NCBI RefSeq assembly: GCF_009914755.1
Contig: NC_060925.1
Length of the DNA: 64,000 nucleotides
From: the human T2T-CHM13v2.0 reference genome, Homo sapiens
Reading direction: 5' to 3' (one strand)
A program made the position numbers and the translations under genes. Every line of letters starts with the position of its first letter. The stretch's first letter is position 1. Below, piece by piece: positions 27,601 to 41,600 of the stretch. The notes under the pieces are model-generated. The model was not told where the DNA came from and searched no databases. It saw only the letters and a list, made by a program, of their open reading frames with translations.

Positions 27601-30600
27601 TGAATTGAATGCAATCAACGAATGGTCTCGAATGGGACCACCTCCAAATGGAATGGAATGCAATCACCGCATAGAATCGAATGGAATTATCATCGAATGG
27701 ACCCGAATGGAATTAACGTCAAACGGAATCAAACGGAATTATCGAATGGAATCGAAGAGAATCATCGAACGGACTCGAATGGAATCATCTAAAGGAATGG
27801 AATGGAAGAATCCATGGACTCGAATGCAATCATCATCGAATGGACTCGAATGGAATAATCATTGAACGGAAACGAATGGAATCATCATCGGATGGAAACG
27901 AATGGAATCATCATCGAATGGAATCGAATGGGATCATCAAATGGAATCAGATGGAATCATCATCAAATGGAATCGAATAGAATTATGGAATGAAATCCAA
28001 TGTGATCATCATTGAATGGACTCGAATGGAATCATCATCCAATGGAAACTAATGGAATCAACATCGAATGGAATCGAATGGAAACACCATCGAATTCAAA
28101 CTAATGGAATTATCATGAAATTGAAATTAATGGACACATCATCGAATGGATTCGAATGGAATCATCGAATGAAATTGATTGAAATCATCATCAAATGGAA
28201 TCGAAAGGAATGATTGAATGGAATCGAATGGAATCATCATCAGATGGAAATGAATGGAATCATCATAGAATGGAATCGCATGGATTCATTGAATGGAATC
28301 AGATGGAATCATCGAATGGACTTGAATGGAATCGTTGAATGGACTCGAATGGAATCATTATTGAATGGAATTGAATAGAATCATCGAATGGTCTCGAATG
28401 GAATCATTATCAAATGAAGTCGAATGGAATCACCGAATAGAATCGAATGGAACAATCATCGAATATACTCAAATGGAATTATCTTCAAATGGAATCAAAT
28501 GGATTTATCGAATGCAATCGAATTTAATTATCGAATGCAATCGAATAGAATCATCGAATGGACTCGAATGGAATCATCGACTGGAATGCAATGGATTAAT
28601 CCATGGACTCGAATTCAATCACCATCGAATACAATCGAATGGAGTCATATAATCGACTCAAATGGAATAATCATTGAATGGAATCGAATGGAATCATCGA
28701 GTGGAATCGAATGGAATCATGATCAAATGGAATCGAATGTAATCATCATCAAATGGAATCAAAAATAAACATCATCAATTGGTATTGAATGGAATTGTCA
28801 TCAAATGGAATTCAAAGGAATCATCATCAAATGGAACCGAATGGAATCCTCATTGAATGGAAATGAAAGGAGTCATCATCTAATGGAATCGCATGGAATC
28901 ATCACCAAATGGAATCGAATGGAATCATCAACAAATGGATTCTAATGGAATCATTGAACGGAATTGAATGGAATCGTCATCGAATGAATTGAATGCAATC
29001 AACGGATGGTCTCGAATGGAACCACCTCCAAATGGAATGGAATGGAATCATCGCATAGAATCGAATGGAATTATCATCGAATGGACTCGAATGGAATCAA
29101 CATCAAACGGAATCAAACGGAATTATCGAATGGAATCGAAGAGAATCAACGAATGGACTCGAATGGAATCATCTAATGGAATGGAATGGAAGAATCCATG
29201 GACTCGAATGCAATCATCATCGAATGGAATCGAATGGAATCATCGAATGGACTCGAATGGAATAATCATTGAACGGAACAGAATGGAATCATCATCGGAT
29301 GGAAACGAATGGAATCATCAAATGGAATCAGATGGAATCATCATCAAATGGAATCGAATAGAATTATGGAATGAAATCCATTGTGATCATCATCGAATGG
29401 ACTCGAATGGAATCATCATCCAATGGAAACTAATGGAATCAACATCGAATGGAATCGAATGGAAACACCATCGAATTGAAACGAATGGAATTATCATGAA
29501 ATTGAAATGGATGGACTCATCATCGAATGGATTCGAATGGAATCATCGAATGAAATTGATTGAAATCATCATCAAATGGAATCGAAAGGAATCATTGAAT
29601 GGAATCGAATGGAATCATCATCAGATGGAAATGAATGGAATCATCATAGAATGGAATCGAATGGATTCATGGAATGGAATCAGATGGAATCATCGAATGG
29701 ACTTGAATGGAATCATTGAATGGGCTCGAATGGAATCATTATTGAATGGAATTGAATGGAATCATCGAATGGTCTCGAATGGAATCATTATCAAATGGAA
29801 TCGAATGGAATCACCGAATAGAATCGAATGGAACAATCATCGAATGGACTCAAATGGTATTATCCTCAAATGGAATCGAATGGAATTATCGAATGCAATC
29901 GAATGGAATAATCGAATGCAATCGAATAGAATCATCGAATGGACTCGAATGGAATCATCAAATGGAATGCAATGGATTAATCCATGGACTCGAATTCAAT
30001 CACCATCGAATACAATCGAATGGAGTCATCGAATCGACCCAAATGGAATAATCATTGAATGGAATCGAATGGAATCATCGAGTGGAATCGAATGGAATCA
30101 TGATCAAATGGAATCGAATGTAATCATCATCAAATGGAATCAAAAATAAACATCATCAATTGGTATTGAATGGAATTGTCATCAAACGGAATTCAAAGGA
30201 ATCATCATCAAATGGAACCGAATGGAATCCTCATTGAATGGAAATGAAAGGAGTCATCATCTAATGGAATCGCATGGAATCATCATCAAATGGAATCGAA
30301 TGGAATCATCATCAAATGGAATCTAATGGAATCATTGAACGGAATTGAATGGAATCGTCATCGAATGAATTGAATGCAATCAACGAATGGTCACGAATGG
30401 AACCACCTCCAAATGGAATGGAATGGAATCATCGCATAGAATCGAATGGAATTATCATCGAATGGACTCGAATGGAATCAACATCAAACGGAATCAAACG
30501 GAATTATCGAATGGAATCGAAGAGAATCATCGAACGGACTCGAATGGAATCATCTAATGGAATGGAATGGAAGAGTCTGTGGACTCGAATGCAATCATCA

Positions 30601-33600
30601 TCGAATGGAATCGAATGGAATCATCGAATGGACTCAAATGGAATAATCATTGAACGGAAACGAATGGAATCATCATAGGCTGGAAACGAATGGAATCATC
30701 ATCGAATGGAATCGAATGGGATCATCATATGGAATCAGATGGAATCATCATCAAATGGAATCGAATAGAATTATGGAATGAAATCCAATGTGATCATTAT
30801 TGAATGGACTCGAATGGAATCATCATCCAATGTAAACTAATGGAATCAACATCGAATGGAATCGAATGGAAACACCTTCGAATTGAAACGAATGGAATTA
30901 TCATGAAATTGAAATGGATGGACTCATCATCGAATGGATTCGAATGGAATCATCGAATGAAATTGATTGAAATCATCATCAAATGGAATCGAAAGGAATC
31001 ATTGAATGGAATCGAATGGAATCATCATCAGATGGAAATGAATGGAATCATCATAGAATGGAATCGCATGGATTCATTGAATGGAATCAGATGGAATCAT
31101 CGAATGGACTTGAATGGAATCGTTGAATGGACTCGAATGGAATCATTATTGAATGGAATTGAATAGAATCATCGAATGGTCTCGAATGGAATCATTATCA
31201 AATGAAGTCGAATGGAATCACCGAATAGAATCGAATGGAACAATCATCGAATGGACTCAAATGGAATTATCCTCAAATGGAATCAAATGGATTTATCGAA
31301 TGCAATCGAATGGAATTATCGAATGCAATCAAATAGAATCATCGAATGGACTCGAATGGAATCATCGAATGGAATGCAATGGATTAATTCATGGACTCGA
31401 ATTCAGTCACCATCGAATACAATCGAATGGAGTCATCGAATCGACTCTAATGGAATAATCATTGAATGGAATCGAATGGAATCATCGAGTGGAATCGAAT
31501 GGAATCATGATCAAATGGAATCGAGTGTAATCATCATCTAATGGAATCAAAAATAAACATCATCAATTGGTATTGAATGGAATTGTCATCAAATGGAATT
31601 CAAAGGAATCATCATCAAATGGAACCGAATGGAATCCTCATTGAATGGAAATGAAAGGAGTCATCATCTAATGGAATCGCATGGAATCATCATCAAATGG
31701 AATCTAATGGAATCATCATCAAATGGAATCTAATGGAATCATTGAACGGAATTGAATGGAATCGTCATCGAATGAATTGAATGCAATCAACGAATAGTCT
31801 CGAATGGAACCACCTCCAAATGGAAAGGAATGGAATCATCGCATAGAATCGAATGGAATTATCATCGAATGGACTCGAATGGAATCAACATCAAACAGAA
31901 TCAAACGGAATTATCGAATGGAATCGAAAACAATCATCGAATGGACTCGAATGGAATCATCTAATGGAATGGAATGGAAGAATCCATGGTCTCGAATGCA
32001 ATCATCATCGAATGGAATCGAATGGAATCATCGAATGGACTCGAATGGAATAATCATTGAACGGAATCGAATGGAATCATCATCGGATGGAAACGAATGG
32101 AATCATCAAATGGAACCAGATGGAATCATCACCAAATGGAATCGAATAGAATTATGGAATGAAATCCATTGTGATCATCATTGAATGGACTCGAATGGAA
32201 TCATCATCCAATGGAAACTAATGGAATCAACATCGAATGGAATCGAATGGAAACACCATCGAATTGAAACGAATGGAATTATCATGAAATTGAAATGGAT
32301 GGACTCATCATCGAATGGATTCGAATGGAATCATCGAATGAAATTGATTGAAATCATCATCAAATGGAATCGAAAGGAATCATTGAATGGAATCGAATGG
32401 AATCATCATCAGATGGAAATGAATGGAATCATCATAGAATGTAATCGAATGGATTCATTGAATGGAATCAGATGGAATCATCGAATGGACTTGAATGGAA
32501 TCATTGAATGGACTCAAATGGAATCATTATTGAATGGAATTGAAGGGAATCATCGAATGGTCTCGAATGGAATCATTATCAAATGGAATCGAATGGAATC
32601 ACCGAATAGAATCGAATGGAACAATCATCGAATAGACTCAAATGGAATTATCCTCAAATGGAATCGAATGGAATTATCGAATGCAATCGAATGGAATAAT
32701 CGAATGCAATCGAATAGAATCATCGAATGGACTTGAAAGGAATCATCGATTGAAATGGAATGGAATAGTCAATGAACTCGAATGGAATCATCATTGAATG
32801 GAATCATCCAGTGGAATCGAATGGAATCATGATAAAATGGAATCGAAAGTAATCATCATCAAATGGAATCAAAATAACCATCATCAATTGGTATTGAATG
32901 GAATTGTCATCAAACGGAATTCAAAGGAATCATCATCAAATGGAACCGAATGGAATCCTCATTGAATGGAAATGAAAGGAGTCATCATCTAATGGAATCC
33001 CATGGAATCATCATCAAATGGAATCGAATGGAATCATCATCCAATGGAATCTAATTGAATCATTGAACGGAATTGAATGGAATCGTCATCGAATGAATTC
33101 AATGCAATCAACGAATGGTCTCGAAAAGAACCACCTCCAAATGGAATGGAATGGAATCATCGCATAGAATGGAATGGAATTATCATCGAATGGACTCGAA
33201 TGGAATCAACATCAAACAGAATCAAACGGAATTATCGAATGGAATCGAAGACAATCATCGAATGGACTCGAATGGAATCATCTAATGGAATGGAATGGAA
33301 GAATCCATGGTCTCGAATGCAATCATCATCGAATGGAATCGAATGGAATCATCGAATGGACTCGAATGGAATAATCATTGAACGGAATCGAATGGAATCA
33401 ACATCGGATGGAAAGGAATGGAATCATCATCGAATGGAATCGAATGGGATCATCAAATGGAATCAGATGGAATCATCATCAAATGGAATCGAATAGAATT
33501 ATGGAATTAAATCCAACGTGATCATCATTGAATGGACTCGAATGGAATCATCATCCAATGGAAACTAATGGAATCAACATCGAATGGAATCGAATGGAAA

Positions 33601-36600
33601 CACCATCGAATTGAAACGAATGGAATTATCATGAAATTGAAATGGATGGACTCATCATCGAATGGATTCGAATGGAATCATCGAATGAAATTGATTGAAA
33701 TCATCATCAAATGGAATCGAAAGGAATCATTGAATGGAATCGAATGGAATCATCATCAGATGGAAATGAATGGAATCATCATAGAATGGAATCACATGGA
33801 TTCATTGAATGGAATCAGATGGAGTCATCGAATGGACTTGAATGGAATCATTGAATGGACTCGAATGGAATCATTATTGAATGTAATTGAATAGAATCAT
33901 CGAATGGTCTCGAATGGAATCATTATCAAATGAAGTCGAATGGAATCACCGAATAGAATCGAATGGAACAATCATCGAATGGACTCAAATGGAATTATCC
34001 TCAAATGGAATCAAATGGATTTATCGAATGCAATCGAATGGAATTATCGAATGCAATCGAATAGAATCATCGAATGGACTCGAATGGAATCATCGAATGG
34101 AATGCAATGGATTAATCCATGGACTCGAATGGAATCATCGAATGGAATGCAATGGATTAATCCATGGACTCGAATTCAATCACCATCGAATACAATCGAA
34201 TGGAGTCATCGAATCAACTCAAATGGAATAATCATTGAATGGAATCGAATGGAATCATCGAGTGGAATCGAATGGAGTCATGATCAAATGGAATCAAATG
34301 TAATCATCATCAAATGGAATCAAAAATAAACATCATCAATTGGTATTGAATGGAATTGTCATCAAATGGAATTCAAAGGAATCATCATCAAATGGAACCG
34401 AATGGAATCCTCATTGAATGGAAATGAAAGGAGTCATCATCTAATGGTATCGCATGGAATCATCACCAAATGGAATCGAATGGAATCATCATCAAATGGA
34501 ATCTAATGGAATCATTGAACGGAATTGAATGGAATCGTCATCGAATGAATTGAATGCCATCAACGAATGGTCTCGAATGGAACCATCTCCAAATGGAATG
34601 GAATGGAATCATCGCATAGAATCGAATGGAATTATCATCGAATGGACTCGAATGGAATCAACACCAAACGGAATCAAACGGAATTATCGAATGGAATCGA
34701 AGAGAATCATCGAACGGACTCGAATGGAATCATCTAATGGAATGGAATGGAAGAATCCATGGACTCGAATGCAATCATGATCGAATGGAATCGAATGGAA
34801 TCATCGAATGGACTCGAATGGAATAATCATTGAACGGAAACGAATGGAGTCATCGGATGGAAACGAATGGAATCATCATCGAATGGAATCGAATGGGATC
34901 ATCAAATGGAATCAGATGGAATCATCATCAAATGGAATCGAATAGAATTATGGAATGAAATCCAATGTGATCATCATCGAATGGACTCGAATGGAATCAT
35001 CATCCAATGGAAACTAATGGAATCAACATCGAATGGAATCGAATGGAAACACCATCGAATTGAAACGAATGGAATTATCATGAAATAGAAATGGATGGAC
35101 TCATCATCGAATGGATTCGAATGGAATCATCGAATGAAATTGATTGAAATCATCATCAAATGGAATCGAATGGAATCATTGAATGGAATCGAATGGAATC
35201 ATCATCAGATGGAAATGAATGGAATCATCATAGAATGGGATCGCATGGATTCATTGAATGGAATCAAATGGAATAATCGAATGGACTTGAATGGAATCGT
35301 TGAATGGACTCGAATGGAATCATTATTGAATGGAATTGAATAGAATCATCGAATGGTCTCGAATGGAATCATTATCCAATGAAGTCGAATGGAATCACCG
35401 AATAGAATCGAATGGAACAATCATCGAATGGACTCAAATGGAATTATCCTCAAATGGAATCAAATGGATTTATCGAATGCAATCAAATGGAATTATCGAA
35501 TGCAATCGAATAGAATCATCGAATGGACTCGAATGGAATCATCGAATGGAATGCAATGGATTAATCCATGGACTCGAATTCAATCACCATCGAATACAAT
35601 CGATTGGAGTCATCGAATCGACTCAAATGGAATAATCATTGAATGGAATCGAATGGAATCATCGAGTGGAATCGAATGGAATCATGATCAAATGGAATCG
35701 AATGTAATCATCATCAAATGGAATCAAAAATAAACATCATCAATTGGTATTGAATGGAATTGTCATCAAACGGAATTCAAAGGAATCATCATCAAATGGA
35801 ACCGAATGGAATCCTCATTGAATGGAAATGAAAGGAGTCATCATCTAATGGAATCGCATGGAATCATCATCAAATGGAATCGAATAGAATCATCATCAAA
35901 TGGAATCTAATGGAATCATTGAACGGAATTGAATGGAATCGTCATCGAATGAATTCAATGCAATCAACGAATCGTCTCGAAAAGAACCACCTCCAAATGG
36001 AATGGAATGGAATCATCGCATAGAATCGAATGGAATTATCATCAAATGGACTCGAATGGAATCAACATCAAACGGAATCAAACGGAATTATCGAATGGAA
36101 TCGAAGACAATCATCGAATGGACTCGAATGGAATCATCTAATGGAATGGAATGGAAGAATCCATGGTCTCGAATGCAATCATCATCGAATGGAATCGAAT
36201 GGAATCATCGAATGGACTCGAATGAAATAATCATTGAACGGAATCGAATGGAATCATCATCGGATGGAAACGAATGGAATCATCAAATGGAATCAGATGG
36301 AATCATCATCAAATGGAATCGAATAGAATTATGGAATGAAATCCATTGTGATCATCATCGAATGGACTCGAATGGAATCATCATCCAATGGAAACTAATG
36401 GAATCAACATCGAATGGAATCGAATGGAAACTCCATCGAATTGAAACGAATGGAATTATCATGAAACTGAAATGGATGGACTCATCATCGAATGGATTCG
36501 AATGGAATCATCGAAAGAAATTGATTGAAATCCTCATCAAATGGAATCGAATGGAATCATTGAATGGAATCGAATGGAATCATCATCAGATGGAAATGAA

Positions 36601-38660
36601 TGGAATCATCATAGAATGGAATCGAATGGATTCATTGAATGGAATCAGATGGAATCATCGAATGGACTTGAATGGAATCATTGAATGGACTCGAATGGAA
36701 TCATTATTGAATGGAATTGAATGGAATCATCGAATGGTCTCGAATGGAATCATTATCAAATGGAATCGAATGGAATCACCGAATAGAATCGAATGGAACA
36801 ATCATCGAATGGACTCAAATGGAATTAACCTCAAATGGAATCGAATGGAATTATCGAATGCAATCGAATGGAATAATCGAATGCAATCGAATAGAATCAT
36901 CGAATGGACTTGAAAGGAATCATCGATTGAAATGGAATGGAATAGTCAATGAACTCGAATGGAATCATTATTGAATGGAATCATCGAGTGGAATCGAATG
37001 GAATCATGATAAAATGGAATCGAAAGTAACCATCATCAAATGGAATCAAAATAACCATCATCAATTGGTATTGAATGGAATTGTCATCAAACGGAATTCA
37101 AAGGAATCATCATCAAATGGAACCGAATGGAATCCTCATTGAACGGAAATGAAAGGAGTCATCATCTAATGGAATCGCATGGAATCATCATCAAATGGAA
37201 TCGAATGGAATCATCATCAAATGGAATCTAATGGAATCATTGAACGGAATTGAATGGAATCGTCATCGAATGAATTGAATGCAATCAACGAATGGTCTCG
37301 AATGGAACCACCTCCAAATGGAATGGAATGGAATCATGGCATAGAATCGAATGGAATTATCATCGAATGGACTCGAATGGAATCAACATCAAACAGAATC
37401 AAACGGAATTATCGAATGGAATCGAAGACAATCATCGAATGGACTCGAATGGAATCATCTAATGGAATGGAATGGAAGAATCCATGGTCTCGAATGCAAT
37501 CATCATCGAATTGAATCGAATGGAATCATCGAATGGACTCGAATGGAATAATCATTGAACGGAATCGAATGGAAGCATCATCGGATGGAAACGAATGGAA
37601 TCATCATCGAATGGAATCGAATGGGATCATCAAATGGAATCAGATGGAATCATCATCAAATGGAATCGAATAGAATTATGGAATGAAATCCAATGTGATC
37701 ATCATCGAATGGACTCGAATGGAATCATCATCCAATGGAAACTAATGGAATCAACATCGAATGGAATCGAATGGAAACACCATCGAATTGAAACGAATGG
37801 AATTATCATGAAATTGAAATGGATGGACTCATCATCGAATGGACTCGAATGGAATCATCGAATGAAATTGATTGAAATCATCATCAAATGGAATCGAAAG
37901 GAATCATTGAATGGAATCGAATGGAATCATCATCAGATGGAAATGAATGGAATCATCATAGAATGGAATCGCATGGATTCATTGAATGGAATCAGATGGA
38001 ATCATCGAATGGACTTGAATGGAATCATTGAATGGACTCGAATGGAATCATTATTGAATGGAATTGAATGGAATCATCGAATGGTCTCGAATGGAATCAT
38101 TATCAAATGAAGTCGAATGGAATCACCGAATAGAATCGAATGGAACAATCATCGAATGGACTCAAATGGAATTATCCTCAAATGGAATCAAATGGATTTA
38201 TCGAATGCAATCGAATGGAATTATCGAATGCAATCGAATAGAATCATCGAATGGACTCGAATGGAATCATCGAATGGAATGCAATGGATTAATCCATGGA
38301 ATCGAATTCAATCACCATCGAATACAATCGAATGGAGTCATCGAATTGACTCAAATGGCATAATCATTGAATGGAATCGAACGGAATCATAGAGTGGAAT
38401 CGAATGGAATCATGATCAAATGGAATCGAATGTAATCATCATCAAATGGAATCTAAAATAACCATCATCAATTGGTATTGAATGGAATTGTCATCCAATG
38501 GAATTCAAAGGAATCATCATCAAATGGAACCGAATGGAATCCTCATTGAATGGAAATGAAAGGAGTCATCATCTAATGGAATCGCATGGAATCATCATCA
38601 AATGGAATCGAATGGAATCATCATCAAATGGAATCTAATGGAATCATTGAACGGAATTGA
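24304..38660 (+). repeat. Higher-order repeat copy 2, 10 monomers, 14,357 bp
   Basis: Monomer lengths 1958, 1322, 1384, 1381, 1407, 1321, 1452, 1404, 1321, 1407 sum to 14,357. Marker ORFs 24759->39116 and 25473->39830 recur at that offset. Confidence 0.88.
34074..34163 (+). repeat. Perfect 2x45-bp tandem duplication (HOR copy 2)
   Basis: Same duplication as 10632-10721, at offset 23,442. Confidence 0.93.
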
Positions 38661-41600
38661 ATGGAATCGTCATCGAATGAATTGAATGCAATCAACGAAT
38701 GGTCTCGAATGGAACCACCTCCAAATGGAATGGAATGGAATCATCGCATAGAATCGAATGGAATTATCATTGAATGGACTCGAATGGAATCAACATCAAA
38801 CGGAATCAAACGGAATTATCGAATGGAATCGAAGAGAATCATCGAACGGACTCGAATGGAATCATCTAATGGAATGGAATGGAAGAATCCATGGACTCGA
38901 ATGCAATCATCATCGAATGGAATCGAATGGAATCATCGAATGGACTCGAATGGAATAATCATTGAACGGAATCGAATGGAATCATCATCGGATGGAAACG
39001 AATGGAATCATCATCGAATGGAATCGAATGGGATCATCAAATGGAATCAGATGGAATCATCATCAAATGGAATCGAATAGAATTATGGAATGAAATCCAA
39101 TGTGATCATCATTGAATGGACTCGAATGGAATCATCATCCAATGGAAACTAATGGAATCACCATCGAATGGAATCGAATGGAAACACCATCGAATTGAAA
39201 CGAATTGCATTATCATGAAATTGAAATGGATGGACTCATCATCGAATGGATTCGAATGGAATCATCGAATGAAATTGATTGAAATCATCATCAAATGGAA
39301 TCGAATGGAATCATTGAATGGAATCGAATGGAATCATCATCAGATGGAAATGAATGGAATCATCATAGAATGGAATCGCATGGATTCATTGAATGGAATC
39401 AGATGGAATCATCGAATGGACTTGAATGGAATCATTGAATGGCCTCGAATGGAATCATTATTGAATGGAATTGAATGGAATCATCCAATGGTCTCGAATG
39501 GAATCATTATCAAATGGAATCGAATGGAATCACCGAATAGAATCGAATGGAACAATCATCGAATGGACTCAAATGGAATTATCCTCAAATGGAATCGAAT
39601 GGAATTATCGAATGCAATCGAATGGAATAATCGAATGCAATCGAATAGAATCATCCAATGGACTTGAAAGGAATCATCGATTGAAATGGAATGGAATAGT
39701 CAATGAACTCGAATGGAATCATCATTGAATGGAATCATTGAGTGGAATCGAATGGAATCATGATCAAATGGAATCTAAAATAATCATCATCAAATGGAAT
39801 CAAAAATAACCATCATGAATTGGTATTGAATGGAATTGTCATCAAACGGAATTCAAAGGAATCATCATCAAATGGAATCGAAAGGAATCATTGAATGGAA
39901 TCGAATGGAATCATCATCAGATGGAAATGAATGGAATCATCATAGAATGGAATCGCGTGGATTCATTGAATGGAATCAGATGGAATCATCGAATGCACTT
40001 GAATGGAATCGTTGAATGGACTCGAATGGAATCATTATTGAATGGAATTGAATAGAATCATCGAATGGTCTCGAATGGAATCATTATCAAATGAAGTCGA
40101 ATGGAATCACCGAATAGAATCGAATGGAACAATCATCGAATGGACTCAAATGGAATTATCCTCAAATGGAATCAAATGGATTTATCGAATGCAATCGAAT
40201 GGAATTATCGAATGCAATCGAATAGAATCATCGAATGGACTCGAATGGAATCATCGAGTGGAATGCAATGGATTAATCCATGGACTCGAATTCAATCACC
40301 ATCGAATACAATCGAATGGAGTCATCGAATCGACTCAAATGGAATAATCATTGAATGGAATCGAATGGAATCATCGAGTGGAATCGAATGGAATCATGAT
40401 CAAATGGAATCGAATGTAATCATCATCAAATGGAATCAAAAATAAACATCATCAATTGGTATTGAATGGAATTGTCATCAAATGGAATTCAAAGGAATCA
40501 TCATCAAATGGAACCGAATGGAATCATCATTGAATGGAAATGAAAGGAGTCATCATCTAATGGAATCGCATGGAATCATCATCAAATGGAATCGAATGGA
40601 ATCATCATCAAATGGAATCGAATGGAATCATCATCAAATGGAATCTAATGGAATCATTGAACGGAATTGAATGGAATCGTCATCGAATGAATTGAATGCA
40701 ATCAACGAATGGTCTCGAATGGGACCACCTCCAAATGGAATGGAATGCAATCATCGCATAGAATCGAATGGAATTATCATCGATTGGACCCGAATGGAAT
40801 TAACGTCAAACGGAATCAAACGGAATTATCGAATGGAATCGAAGAGAATCATCGAACGGACTCGAATGGAATCATCTAAAGGAATGGAATGGAAGAATCC
40901 ATGGACTCGAATGCAATCATCATCGAATGGACTCGAATGGAATAATCATTGAACGGAATCGAATGGAATCATCATCGGATGGAAACGAATGGAATCATCA
41001 TCGAATGGAATCGAATGGGATCATCAAATGGAATCAGATGGAATCATCATCAAATGGAATCGAATAGAATTATGGAATGAAATCCAATGTGATCATCATT
41101 GAATGGACTCGAATGGAATCATCATCCAATGGAAACTAATGGAATCAACATCGAATGGAATCGAATGGAAACACCATCGAATTCAAACTAATGGAATTAT
41201 CATGAAATTGAAATTAATGGACACATCATCGAATGGATTCGAATGGAATCATCGAATGAAATTGATTGAAATCATCATCAAATGGAATCGAAAGGAATGA
41301 TTGAATGGAATCGAATGGAATCATCATCAGATGGAAATGAATGGAATCATCATAGAATGGAATCGCATGGATTCATTGAATGGAATCAGATGGAATCATC
41401 GAATGGACTTGAATGGAATCGTTGAATGGACTCGAATGGAATCATTATTGAATGGAATTGAATAGAATCATCGAATGGTCTCGAATGGAATCATTATCAA
41501 ATGAAGTCGAATGGAATCACCGAATAGAATCGAATGGAACAATCATCGAATATACTCAAATTGAATTATCTTCAAATGGAATCAAATGGATTTATCGAAT

